This document shows positions 10,501 through 20,544 of a stretch of DNA of 64,000 nt, piece by piece (positions within the stretch are counted from its first letter, which is position 1; each line of letters begins with the position of its first letter). This stretch comes from an uncultured Actinomycetes bacterium (lineage in GTDB: Bacteria; Actinomycetota; Thermoleophilia; RBG-16-64-13), in the NCBI GenBank assembly GCA_963706025.1, contig CAVPLM010000003.1, positions 608,001 to 672,000 on the forward strand, written 5' to 3'. Both the position numbers and the translations under genes were made by a program. The notes beneath the pieces are model-generated. The model was not told where the DNA came from, searched no databases, and saw nothing but the letters and a program-made list of their open reading frames with translations.

Positions 10501-11250
10501 CTAGTGCCGAGCCGTGCCCAGATAGCTCGCCTGCACGCGATCATCCGATTTCAGTGCGTCCGCCAGACCGGACACGACCACCTGTCCGGTCTGGAGGACG
10601 ATGCCCCGATGGGCCAGCGAGAGCGCCATCTCCGCGCTCTGCTCCACCATCAGCATGGTGAGACCCTCCTTGTTGAGCCTGGCCAGCGCCTCGAAGATGC
10701 GCTCCACCACGAGCGGGGCGAGACCCATGGAGGGCTCGTCGAGGAGCAGCAGCTGGGGCCGGCCGATGAGGGCCCGGCCGATGGCAAGCATCTGCTGCTC
10801 GCCGCCGGAGAGGGTCCCGGCCGGCTGCTTGCGCCGCTCCCCCAGGATGGGGAAGAGCTCGTAGACGTAGGCGATGTCGTCTGCAAGCGTCCCCCGCCAG
10901 TCTTTGCGGCCGGAACTGCCCACCACCAGGTTGTCCTGCACGGAGAGCTCCCGGAACAGCCGGCGCCCTTCGGGCACCTGGCACATGCCCCGGGCGGCGA
11001 TCTTGTCCGGGGCCAGGTGGGTGATGTCGAGCGCCCTGATAGCTGACGGAGCCGGCCTTGGGCCGCAGTAGGCCGGAGATGGTGTGGAGCAGCGTGCTCT
11101 TGCCCGCCCCGTTGGCCCCCAGAATCGCCACCACCTCGCCCTTGGGCACGGCGAAGGAGACGCCGCGCAGAGCCTCGATCGAGCCGTAGGAGGTGGTGAG
11201 GTCCTCGACCACCAGCAGGTCTTCGGGCTCGGGGCAACTGCCGTCGGCAA
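10501..11250 (-). CDS. livF: LivF-like ABC ATPase domain (frameshifted; probably C-terminal part of a fusion)
   Basis: GANGAGKST, QVPEGRRLF, LSGGEQQMLAIGRAL, LLLDEPSMGLAP. Confidence 0.8.
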   Translation of the reverse strand: MPTAVAPSPKTCWWSRTSPPPTARSRLCAASPSPCPRARWWRFWGPTGRARARCSTPSPAYCGPRPAPSAIRALDITHLAPDKIAARGMCQVPEGRRLFRELSVQDNLVVGSSGRKDWRGTLADDIAYVYELFPILGERRKQPAGTLSGGEQQMLAIGRALIGRPQLLLLDEPSMGLAPLVVERIFEALARLNKEGLTMLMVEQSAEMALSLAHRGIVLQTGQVVVSGLADALKSDDRVQASYLGTARH

Positions 11251-11279
11251 GCTCCCGGGTCTGGCAGAGGTCCGTGCGG

Positions 11280-12040
11280 TCGCTCCAGCTTGACCCCCAG
11301 ATAGGCCTCGATCACGGCCGGGTCCTTCTGCACCACCTCCGGCCGGCCCTGGGCGATCAGTCGCCCGTAGTCGAGGACGTAGACGTGCTCGGAGATGCCC
11401 ATGACCAGCTCGATGTCGTGCTCGACCAGGAGGACGGTGATGCCGGAGGCGCGGATGTTGCGGATCTGCTCGACCAGATAGGCGCGCTCGGAGGCGTTCA
11501 TGCCGGCCGCCGGCTCGTCGAGAAGCAGTAGGCGGGGCTCAGAGGCGAGCGCCCGGGCGATCTCCACCAGGCGCTGCGACCCATAGGGCAGGCTGGCGGC
11601 CGGCAGGTAGGCCTTGTCCTCGAGCCCCACCGCGGCCAGGGCCCGCATGGCCCGCTCCCGGGAAGCCTTCTCTTCGCGGCGCTGGTGAGGAAGCCCCAGC
11701 CCGCCGGCCCACAGCCCCGAGCGCTCGTGCCGGTGGCAGCCCACCAGCACGTTCTCGAGCACGGTCATGTTCACGTAGATGCGCAGGTTCTGGAAGGTTC
11801 GGGCCATGCCCAGGCGAGCGGTGTTGGCCGTCGACATCTTGGTGACGTCCTGTGCCCGCGAATTCGACGGAACCCCCCGTGAGCTTCTGCAGGCGGCTGA
11901 CGGCGTTGAAGAGCGTGGTCTTGCCGGCTCCGTTAGGGCCGATGAGGGCCACGATCTCACCTTCGTGGACCTCGAGCGAGACCTCATCGACCGCCTTCAG
12001 ACCGCCGAAGTGGACGGAAAGGTCCTCGACCGAGAAGCAG
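11280..12040 (-). CDS. livG: LivG-like ABC ATPase domain (frameshifted; probably middle part of a fusion)
   Basis: FGGLKAVDEVS, GPNGAGKTT, ARTFQN, LPYGSQRLVEIARAL, LLLDEPAAG, DPAVIEAYLG. Confidence 0.8.
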
Positions 12041-13209
12041 GGGCGACCGCTGGCGTCCGGCTGGCGCGATGCCGCGGCGGGTAGCCGGCCGCCGGTGCCG
12101 TCGTGGCGATCGCCGCTTCCCAGGCACGATGCGACCTCCGGCGAGACGGCCAGAGGCATGCCCACGGAGGTGGTGCACTGGCCCGGCTGGATCGTCCTCT
12201 TCGGCCGCCACCAGGCACTGGGCCGGCTCCTGCGAGCTTCTCCCGCCTGAGCAGGGCCTTGAGACGGGCCCGCTGGTCGGGCCGCAGGGCCAGCCCGGCA
12301 GGCAGGAAGATGAGGAGCAGGATCATGATGACCGAGTAGATGACCCCGCTGTACTGCTGGACGCTGCGAGAACCCGTTGATGACCCAGGTCATGAGGATG
12401 GCGCCGATCACCGAGCCCCAGACCGTCCCCCCGCCCAGGAGCATCATGACGATGGGCAGGATGGCGGCGGTGAAGGTGAAGGAGCTGGGGGTGACGGCCA
12501 TGGTGACGAAGGCATAGAGGCCGCCGGCCAGGCCGCAGATGACGGCGCTGGCCACGAAGGCCAGGAGCTTCCAGTTGGGCGTACGCACTCCCAGGCTCTG
12601 AGAGGCGATCTCGCTGGTGGCGATGGCCCGCAGCGCCCGGCCCGCCCGATACTTGAGGGCCCGGTCGACGAACAGGATGATGACGGCGGCCACCACCCAC
12701 ACCAAGTAGTACTGGCGGAGGTTGGTGTTGAAGTCGAATCCGAGGATGTTGAGCGTACGGGACGGGGGCCAAGCCCGTCGGTCGACCCGGTGACGCTGCG
12801 CAGTTGCTGCACCAGCACCAGGAAGATCTGACCCAGGCCGATGGTGGCAAGAGCCAGGTAGAAGTAGCGGAGCTTGAGCACCGGCCGCCCCACGATGAGG
12901 GCGATCATCCCGGCCACCAGGGCCCCGATGACGAGCGCCGCCAGGGTGGGGAACTCGGCCTTCATGGTGAGGATCGCGGCGGTGTAGGCGCCGATGCCGT
13001 AGAAGGCCGAGTGGCCGAAGGAGAGCTGGCCGGCCTGGCCCAGGATGATGACCACAGCGATGGTGAGGATGGTGAACAGACCGCCGGTGGTCATGATGCG
13101 CATGGCATATCCGCTCTGGTAGAGAAGCGGCCAGACCAGGAGGATGACCAGCAGCAGGGTCCTTGAAGAGGAAGCTGCGGCCCGCTCATGACAGCGCAGA
13201 GCGTTCCAT
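12041..13209 (-). CDS. livM: LivM-like ABC permease (frameshifted) with C-terminal linker
   Basis: GQAGQLSFGHSAFYGIGAY, YLALATIG, GRALRAI...SLGV...KLLAFVASA, MMLLGG. Confidence 0.8.
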
Positions 13210-14090
13210 CAGGCCTCACCCTCGCCCGAAGGCTGGCCGAGGATCCCGCTCGGGCGGAAGTAGAGGATGAGGATGAGGACGACGTAGGCGACGGCGTCCT
13301 GATAGCCCGCGGGCAGGAAACCGGTGGCCAGCGACTGGATGATCCCCAGAGCGAGGCCGCCCACCACCGCCCCGCTGCTCGAGCCCCAGCCCCCCAGGAT
13401 GGCGGCCACGAAGCCCTGAGAGCGCGTAGATGCCCCCGGAGAGGTATGAGGTCGAGTTGATGGGGGTGACGGCGATGCCCCCCAGGGCCCCGATGGCCGC
13501 CGAGATGGCAAAGGCGAGAAGGATCATGCGCCCCGTGTTGACCCCGGAGAGGCTGGCCGCACCCGGATCGTTAGAGGTGGCGGTCATCTGCTTGCCCATC
13601 CGGGTGCGGTTGGTCAGGAGGTACAGGCCGACGAGCACCAGGATCATGAGTCCGATCACCCACAGGCTCTGCGGGAAGACGGCCACCTTGCCGATGAAGA
13701 GGGCCTGGTCGCCGGTGAAGGCGGGCACGCTCTTGCCGTAGCCTCCCCACCTGAGCAGGGCCACGTTCTCGAAGAGGATGCTGAGAGCCATGGTGGCCAG
13801 GATGATCGACACCAGGGAGATCTTGATGAGAGGCCTGCAGCACCAGCAGGTACATGACGATGCGACCAAGACCGCCACGCGACGATGGCCAGCATCGCGG
13901 AGAGCCAATAGGGAAGCCCTATCTCGCTGAGGAACGAGTAGGTGAAGAAGGCCCCGAACATCACGAAGGCGCCCTGCGCCATGTTCACGATGCGCGACGT
14001 GCGGTAGATGGTCACGTATCCAAGAGCGATCAGAGAGTAAATACTCCCTACCGTGACCCCAGTCACCAATAACTGGATCCACTTGACCAC
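13209..14090 (-). CDS. livH: LivH-like ABC permease (frameshifted)
   Basis: GVTVGSIYSLIALGYVTIY...VNMAQG; TRMGKQMTA; GFVAAILGG; RPSGILG. Confidence 0.85.
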
Positions 14091-14345
14091 ACAAACCCCC
14101 TAGCGACCTCAAAAGAGCCGCGCTCTAACCACCCCAACCGTGAGCGTCATGCTAGGGCACGAGGTCTTCTTTGTCAATGATATTTAATGCTATGTGCAGT
14201 CGTTAACTCTTTACTGGATAGGTCAGTTAGTCTACTATGGTCTGGCCAACCGATGGACCACGGATGCGCGCCGGTCGATCGTCTGAGTCCTTGACCACGA
14301 TCGGTAAGTCAGACGAGGCACGGAGTCGACGTTTGTCAGGAGGGA

Positions 14346-15290
14346 TTGAGCATAGCTGAGGCTCTGACCATATCTGCTCTTGAGCGCGAGACGGGAGTCT
14401 CCCGAAGCACCATCCACTTCTACGTACGGGAAGGACTTCTGCCGGAACCCCAGAAGACGGCGACAAGCCGAGCCCTCTACGGCACGGACCACGTCGCGCT
14501 GCTTCGCAAGATAGGAGAACTCAAGAGCGCAGGCCGCTCGCTCGCCGAGATCAAGATCGAACTGGACGAAGACCTGGCCCAAGCGCGGGAGAACAGCGTC
14601 GATCTGGCAGGGCAGGAAAGTGAGCGGGTCCGTCGCGCCATCCTCCGCGTCGCCACCGAGGAGTTCGCCACCAAAGGATATGAGCGGACTCATGTCGACG
14701 CCATCATCCGGAAACTGGGGATCACTCCCCAGATCTTCTACAGCCACTTCCCCAGCAAGCTCCAGCTGCTGGTAGAGTCCTTCCAAACCTTCCTGAGCTG
14801 GAACCTTGACTTCGTCGAGCCCAGACTGATGGAGTCGACCGACCAGGGCGAGCGGCTCCTGGGGCGCCTGGTAGCAGACCATCGAGCGACTGAGTTCGGT
14901 TCAGACGTGTTTGCCCAAATCCGCATGGAGGGAGGTCGCGAGAAGGGCGACAGACTTAGGCTGGCCGAGCAGGCCTGGGCAGGCGTGGTCGGCTGGATCA
15001 TAAGGGACTTCGAGAGCGCCCGGGCGCTTGATTCTCCCCCACCACCGATACCTCTCGAGTTGCTCGCCTACAGTATGCTCGGCGCCCACCACAACGCGAG
15101 CGCCAGAGCTTCATGGGACGAACAGTACAGTCGCGCGGACCTCCTAAGGACCCATCTATGGCTCTGGCTGGCGGTCGTCGCAGCACTGAGCGGAGAGGTC
15201 GACATCGATTCGCGTATCGCCCGCTACGAAGATCTCATCAAGGAGACGGCCGTCCGTCGTCCCGAGACCCCGCCCGCGATCGAAGACTGA
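14346..15290 (+). CDS. MerR-HTH / TetR-HTH fusion transcriptional regulator
   Basis: N-terminal ISALERETGVSRSTIHFYVREGLLP (MerR), then RRAILRVATEEFATKGYERT..DAIIRKLGI...FYSHFPSKLQL (TetR). Confidence 0.9.
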   Translation: MSIAEALTISALERETGVSRSTIHFYVREGLLPEPQKTATSRALYGTDHVALLRKIGELKSAGRSLAEIKIELDEDLAQARENSVDLAGQESERVRRAILRVATEEFATKGYERTHVDAIIRKLGITPQIFYSHFPSKLQLLVESFQTFLSWNLDFVEPRLMESTDQGERLLGRLVADHRATEFGSDVFAQIRMEGGREKGDRLRLAEQAWAGVVGWIIRDFESARALDSPPPPIPLELLAYSMLGAHHNASARASWDEQYSRADLLRTHLWLWLAVVAALSGEVDIDSRIARYEDLIKETAVRRPETPPAIED

Positions 15291-15392
15291 CCTCGGCGCT
15301 TCTAGAAGAACACCCGGCACTCCATCCCCAGAGCCGCGGTGGCTCGGGCCATCACCCGATCGGCTGTGGCAAGGCCGCGTCCGCCGCGTCGG

Positions 15393-16517
15393 TCAGCCTT
15401 GCACGGAATCCACCATGGCTTTGACATTCTCGAACTTCGCGTCGGGTGGAATAGCGCAGCCTTGGGCGATGATGAACCCATCGGGGCCGACTTCCGTAAG
15501 CAGGCGGTCGCAGTAGGCACGGACCTCGTCGCTGGTCCCCAGGGTCAGAAGGGCCGGAGGCACGTCGCCCAGGAGGCACATGTGTCCGCCCAAGATCTTC
15601 TTGGCCCGGAAGATGTCGGTCTTCCCGTCGAGGGCCAGAACGCACTTGGCCCTGGGCAGGTCTTTGAGGCGCTCGATCTCCCGGTCCCAGTTGGCATCGA
15701 AGTGAAGGACGGGGGTGCCGCCCTCCTCGGCCACGATATCTACCAGTTCCTTGAGGTAGGGCCATACGAAACGGTCCCACAGCCGAGGGGAGAGGAATTC
15801 AGGTGCCGTTCTCCAGCCGCCCACCCAATAGCCGATGGGGCCCACGGCCCGGACCACGTGTCTGGTCTGCTCCCGTTTGTCGGCCATCATCACGTCCATG
15901 ACCGCCTGCACCTTGTCCGGTATGTGATAGAGGTCGAGCATGAACTCCTTGACCGAACGCCCGCCGCACAGGTGCTCGAAGGGGTGGTCGACGGTCATGG
16001 GGGAGAACACCGCATACCCCCGCTTCATGTACTCGCCCGCCCAGCGGGGACCGGCCTCTTGCAGGGTCTGCCCGGCGGCTGCCGCCTCGCCGAGGTGCCT
16101 GCCGATGTACTGCCCGAACCAAGGGCGCCAGCCTTCGCTCAGGATACGGTCGTAGTCCTCGGGGACGATGCGTACCTGCTCGTCGAGCTGCCACAGGCTG
16201 TCTTCCGGTAGGTCCCGGCCGGGGAGCTTGACCGGGGCCAGCCACAACATGCCGAGTACCTGTGGCATGTACGCTGCGAACTGGATGGAGTCCACGTCCC
16301 CCAGGAGTTCCATGGTGGAGAGCATCGCCTGCCCGGCCACATCGATGTCTCTTACGAAGTCGGAGAGCTTGACTCCCATGGTCCTGGCGGCGAAGGCGTC
16401 CATGACCAGAGAGAGGGGCACCCGATCCGGGGTGCCCAGAGCGACGGCTGTGTGCAGGCGGCCCATCCGTTCGCCCAGCAGTTGCTCGGGCGTCTTGCCA
16501 GTCATGCTATCTCCCAT
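15393..16517 (-). CDS. uroporphyrinogen decarboxylase-family corrinoid methyltransferase
   Basis: PDRVPL, FLSPRLWDRFVWPY, LHFD, CLLGDVP, GFIIAQGCAIPPDAKFENVKAM. Confidence 0.88.
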   Translation of the reverse strand: MGDSMTGKTPEQLLGERMGRLHTAVALGTPDRVPLSLVMDAFAARTMGVKLSDFVRDIDVAGQAMLSTMELLGDVDSIQFAAYMPQVLGMLWLAPVKLPGRDLPEDSLWQLDEQVRIVPEDYDRILSEGWRPWFGQYIGRHLGEAAAAGQTLQEAGPRWAGEYMKRGYAVFSPMTVDHPFEHLCGGRSVKEFMLDLYHIPDKVQAVMDVMMADKREQTRHVVRAVGPIGYWVGGWRTAPEFLSPRLWDRFVWPYLKELVDIVAEEGGTPVLHFDANWDREIERLKDLPRAKCVLALDGKTDIFRAKKILGGHMCLLGDVPPALLTLGTSDEVRAYCDRLLTEVGPDGFIIAQGCAIPPDAKFENVKAMVDSVQG

Positions 16518-17151
16518 CTAGCTCACCCCCAGCACTTTCCTGGCGGCCGACCACCCCGTCTTGGGCGGTCCGGCAGTAGACGTCGGCGCCCACGTAGTCG
16601 CAGGTGGCCTGATCCACCGGTCCGCCGCCAATCAAGATGGTGACCTGGTCTCTAAGGCCGGCGGCTTTGATGGCCCCGATGGTCTCTTTCATGTCGTCAA
16701 AGACGGTGGTCAGAAGACAGCTCAGGCCCACCAGCTCCGGACGGTGTTCTCGTATGGCCTGGACGAAGGCCTGGTGCTCCACGCTCACCCCCAGGTCGAT
16801 AACCTGGATGCCGTTAGAGGTCATGACCGTTCCCACGATGTCTTTGCCGAAGTCGTGGATGTCGTTCTTGACCGTACCTAAGACCAGGGTGCCCACCGTG
16901 CTCTGGGCGGCGCTCTTTAAGCCCTCTTGCAAGGGAGCTCCGGCTTTCTTAAAGATGTCGGCCGCGTAGATGAGCTCGGAGAGGAAGTACTCTTCGCCTT
17001 CGAACCTCTCCCCTACGATGTTCATACCGGCCTGGAGCTCTTCTAAGATGGAAAGGGCCTCTTCCCCGGAAGAGAGCTTCTCCTCGACCAGACTGATGGC
17101 GGTAGCTTCATCAAGATCGCCCAGGGCTTGGGCGAGGGGTGAGGTGGACAT
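16518..17151 (-). CDS. methyltransferase corrinoid protein (MtbC/MttC/OdmA-like); probable frameshift in last codons
   Basis: Helical cap (GMNIVGERFE..EYFLSELI); DIHDFGKDIV (DxHxxG); VGLSCLLTT; LIGGGPV. Confidence 0.92.
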
Positions 17152-17324
17152 GGGGCGGCTCCTTTCCTATGGCGCAGTCAACATATGGAGATGATGGCGA
17201 TGATACACACACCGGCCGACTCGGGCTCCCGGCCGCCCCTAAATGATACAATATATAGACCAATATGTTTCCGGCGTAAGTGGGGCACGTCTTGCTCCGA
17301 TCGGCACCCGAGAAAGGAGACGCC

Positions 17325-18182
17325 ATGCTCAAATTCATGCTCGCCGCCAGGCGTAAGCGGGAAGACACGCAGCAGCGCTACTTCTTCGAATGGGGCATCA
17401 TCCACGTGTCGCTGATGCTCCAGACTCCCTCGGTGATGGACAGCTTCCGCCGCTACGTGCAGCACTACTCCATCAGCGGGATCGACAACGACATGCTCAT
17501 CTACCCGTTGTCGCCGATGGAATGGGACAACATGGCCGACCACGTGGTGGACGACTACGAGGCCATCGGCATCCCCTTCAAGGACCAGGACTATCCGAAC
17601 CGCATGCAGCCGCACAAGTTCGGCGGCGACGAATTCGCCGTCGAGCTCCTCGACTGGGAGACCCTCTACGAGGAAGAAGGCTTCTACGCCGGCGGGGTCA
17701 AGCTGATCCACTGGCTGCGTAAGCGGCCGGAACTGTCATACGAGGAGTTCAACGCCAGGTGGCGCGAGCACGGCCGGAAGATGGTCGGGATCGTCCCGGA
17801 AGGGCTCATCCGCAAACTGGTGATCGACAAGCACGTGCCGATGGACCCTGCCGTATTCAAGGGCACGCTCTTCGAGTTCGGCAACGTGGGGCACTACGCC
17901 GGGGTCGAGGAGATCTGGTTCCGAAGCGTGGAGGACGTGGCCAAGTTGCGCCGCGATCCTGCCCTCTACACGGCACTCCGGGCAAGCTACGAGACCTTCG
18001 TCGATGCCGAAGACACCTTCTCGATGGTCACCACCGAGCGGGTCATCTACGACTTCATAACTCCCGGTCACATCTCGCCCAAGGCGTCCGTTCTGATCCC
18101 GGGAACCCTGGAACACGCCGTCGACAAGCAGGGCTACTCTGGATGGAACGTCCCGGGATGGGACAAGGACCTGTACGGCTAG
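17325..18182 (+). CDS. tandem EthD-domain (dimeric alpha+beta barrel) protein
   Basis: Two repeats of K...RK/RR...F...W...H (KFMLAARRK...YFFEWGIIH; KLIHWLRKRPELSYEEFNARWREH), YAGVEEIWF; AAAGGAG RBS. Confidence 0.75.
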   Translation: MLKFMLAARRKREDTQQRYFFEWGIIHVSLMLQTPSVMDSFRRYVQHYSISGIDNDMLIYPLSPMEWDNMADHVVDDYEAIGIPFKDQDYPNRMQPHKFGGDEFAVELLDWETLYEEEGFYAGGVKLIHWLRKRPELSYEEFNARWREHGRKMVGIVPEGLIRKLVIDKHVPMDPAVFKGTLFEFGNVGHYAGVEEIWFRSVEDVAKLRRDPALYTALRASYETFVDAEDTFSMVTTERVIYDFITPGHISPKASVLIPGTLEHAVDKQGYSGWNVPGWDKDLYG

Positions 18183-18277
18183 GCCCTGGACAATGCGACC
18201 GACCGGCCCGGATCGACGAAGAACCTAGAACCGCCGCGCGGGCGCGCCGCCCGGCGCCCGCGCCTCGCCGCCTGCGA

Positions 18278-19024
18278 TCAAGGGCCGGAAGGGCTGATCC
18301 CTGCGGCGTCAAGTGCCTTGACGATCAGCTTCCTCACGAGCTCGATGTGTCGCCGCATCTCTTCGGCCGCTCGCTCGCGGTCTCGGGCGCGGATGGCCTC
18401 CAAGATGGCGTTATGGCTGTCGTGGACCTGCTGGGGCCGGTCCTCAAGACGGGCCAGATCGACCGGGATGAACAACTCGCCCCGGGCGTCCATCATGGCT
18501 TGTTCCAATCGGGGACTGCGCGCCGCCCGAGCTATGCTCCTATGCACGTCCATGTCGGCACGGTAGAGCGACGACCAATCCTTGGGGCCCAACTCCCCGG
18601 CGACGGCGTTCCCTATCATCTCCAGGTCGTCGTCCGTGCGTCTCTCGGCAGCCAGGAAGGCCAATCTGGTCTCGACGGTCATCCGGAACTCGAAGATATC
18701 CCCCAGTTCCCCGGAGTGGTGCCGCATCCACTGGCTCCAACACTCGAGCAGGGAGGCGGCGTCGGTGACCCGCGAACCGCCGCGTGAACCCCTTGTGGTG
18801 ACTATGTATCCGGTGCTTTCCAGGGCTTTGAGGGCGAGTCGCAGGGTCATGCGGGAGATGCCCAGGCGGGCTCCCAGGTCTCTCTCTGGAGGGAGTCTAT
18901 CGCCGGGGCCCAACTCGCCCGAGAAGATCATCGCCCGGAGGAAGTGGACCGCGCTATCGCTGGCAGTCTCGGGGGTGAGCGACACCGTGTTGCCCATCTT
19001 GGCGTTCGGAAGGTCTGCGTACAT
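18278..19024 (-). CDS. GntR/FadR-family regulator
   Basis: IFSGELGPGDRLPPERDLGARLGISRMTLRLALKAL; FCD motif H..IL.AI..RD...A...MRRH. Confidence 0.92.
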   Translation of the reverse strand: MYADLPNAKMGNTVSLTPETASDSAVHFLRAMIFSGELGPGDRLPPERDLGARLGISRMTLRLALKALESTGYIVTTRGSRGGSRVTDAASLLECWSQWMRHHSGELGDIFEFRMTVETRLAFLAAERRTDDDLEMIGNAVAGELGPKDWSSLYRADMDVHRSIARAARSPRLEQAMMDARGELFIPVDLARLEDRPQQVHDSHNAILEAIRARDRERAAEEMRRHIELVRKLIVKALDAAGISPSGP

Positions 19025-19079
19025 CGCGACTCCGTGTCCTGAAACCCCGGTGCGGCCCACTGTGCTGAAGCTCGCGACC

Positions 19080-19114
19080 TTGACAACAAGGTATAAACAC
19101 CTACTATATAGACC
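19080..19114 (+). promoter_or_regulatory. sigma70-type promoter with overlapping putative FadR operator
   Basis: TTGACA-16-TACTAT with AGGTATAAACACCT between the boxes; near-identical copy at 21390..21416. Confidence 0.7.
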
Positions 19115-19167
19115 AAATTTGGGCAAGATTCAAGCCCAGCTCCCAACATCACAAAGGTAAGGTAGCC

Positions 19168-20478
19168 ATGGCCGGCAAGCAGGCATTTGCCAAGAACATC
19201 GACGTTCTCGCGTACCACGACATCGACGGCAAACCGTGGTTCCAGATGGCCATGCAGGAGGTCGACGGGCGATACTACCTGTACGCCTCCCATTTCAAGG
19301 CTTCGGGCTGGGCCATCGTCGAGGTCACCGATCCGACGAAGCCCGAGTATCTGAAGTTCATCCCCGGCCCTGATCTCGAGGGCCAGACCACGCCCAAGCT
19401 CCAGGTGGCCGAGGGCATCATGGTCACCGCTCTGGGCGGGTCGCTGCCCATGTTGCACGGCACCAAGATGGACGACCCCTACGAGGAAGGCGTCTACATC
19501 TGGGACGTCAAGGACCCGGTCAATCCCAAGCGTCTGTCCTACTGGCCTACGGGTGGTCCCCTCGGTGTTCACCGCTTCTTCTACGACGGAGGTCGTTACG
19601 TCCACCTATCCGCCTCGTGCAAGGGATTCGCCGGATTCATCTATCGGATCCTCGACATCGTCGATCCCAAGAACCCCGTGGAGGTGGGTCGTTGGTGGGC
19701 GCCCGAGCAGTGGGCGGCGGGCTACATCGAGGACAAGGCCGCGAACATCGAGGCCCTGCTCGACGGCCCCATGATGCACGGCCCGGCATATCCCAAGGGC
19801 GATCTGGCCTACGTGAGCTGGGGCGGCGCCGGCATGATGATCCTCGACATCTCCGACATCACCCTTCCCAAGCTGGTCGGGCAGTTGCGGCATCATCCGC
19901 CCTTCGCCGGCAAGCTCTCCGGGGCCCGCTGCCACACCGTCGTGCCGCTCTCGGAAAGGCCCTACGCGGTCATGACCAGCGAGGGTGAGCGCTACACGGT
20001 CTATAGCGAGAAGATCGTGAACGGCGTGGCTCAGCCCCTCAACTTCATCGGCATGGTGGATATCTCAAACCCGGCCGACCCCACCCTGATCTCCACCTTC
20101 CCCTATCCGGAGATCCCGGAGGGATTCCCGTACAGGAACTTCAACGAGATCCCTGGAGTGGGCGCCGGGCCGTTCGGGCCCCACAACCTGCACGAGCCTC
20201 ACTACCACCCGGCTCTGGAAGACCGCAACGACCGCATCTACTGCGCCTATTTCCACGCGGGTCTGCGGGTCTACGACATCAGCGATCCCTTCGTGCCCCG
20301 GGAGATCGCCTACTTCATCCCGCCCGATCCGGACAAGTGGGCCTTCAACAACGAAACCGGGGATCTCTTCCCGGGTCCGAACATCGCCACCACCGAGGAC
20401 GTGATCGTGGACAATCGAGGCAACATCTTCATGGATACCTCGCATCAAGGCTTGTACGTGATGCGCTGCACCGTGTGA
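19168..20478 (+). CDS. LVIVD-repeat (beta-propeller) protein, candidate ring-cleaving hydrolase
   Basis: Repeats AIVEVTDPTKP, YIWDVKDPVNP, ILDIVDPKNP, ILDISDITLP, MVDISNPADP, VYDISDPFVP; conserved His (GVHR, MHGP, CHT, GPHN). Confidence 0.85.
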   Translation: MAGKQAFAKNIDVLAYHDIDGKPWFQMAMQEVDGRYYLYASHFKASGWAIVEVTDPTKPEYLKFIPGPDLEGQTTPKLQVAEGIMVTALGGSLPMLHGTKMDDPYEEGVYIWDVKDPVNPKRLSYWPTGGPLGVHRFFYDGGRYVHLSASCKGFAGFIYRILDIVDPKNPVEVGRWWAPEQWAAGYIEDKAANIEALLDGPMMHGPAYPKGDLAYVSWGGAGMMILDISDITLPKLVGQLRHHPPFAGKLSGARCHTVVPLSERPYAVMTSEGERYTVYSEKIVNGVAQPLNFIGMVDISNPADPTLISTFPYPEIPEGFPYRNFNEIPGVGAGPFGPHNLHEPHYHPALEDRNDRIYCAYFHAGLRVYDISDPFVPREIAYFIPPDPDKWAFNNETGDLFPGPNIATTEDVIVDNRGNIFMDTSHQGLYVMRCTV

Positions 20479-20544
20479 GACGCCTCGTCGGAGGACGAAC
20501 GGGGGGCCGGTCAGCCGCCCGGACCGGTCACCGACCGGCGCCCG

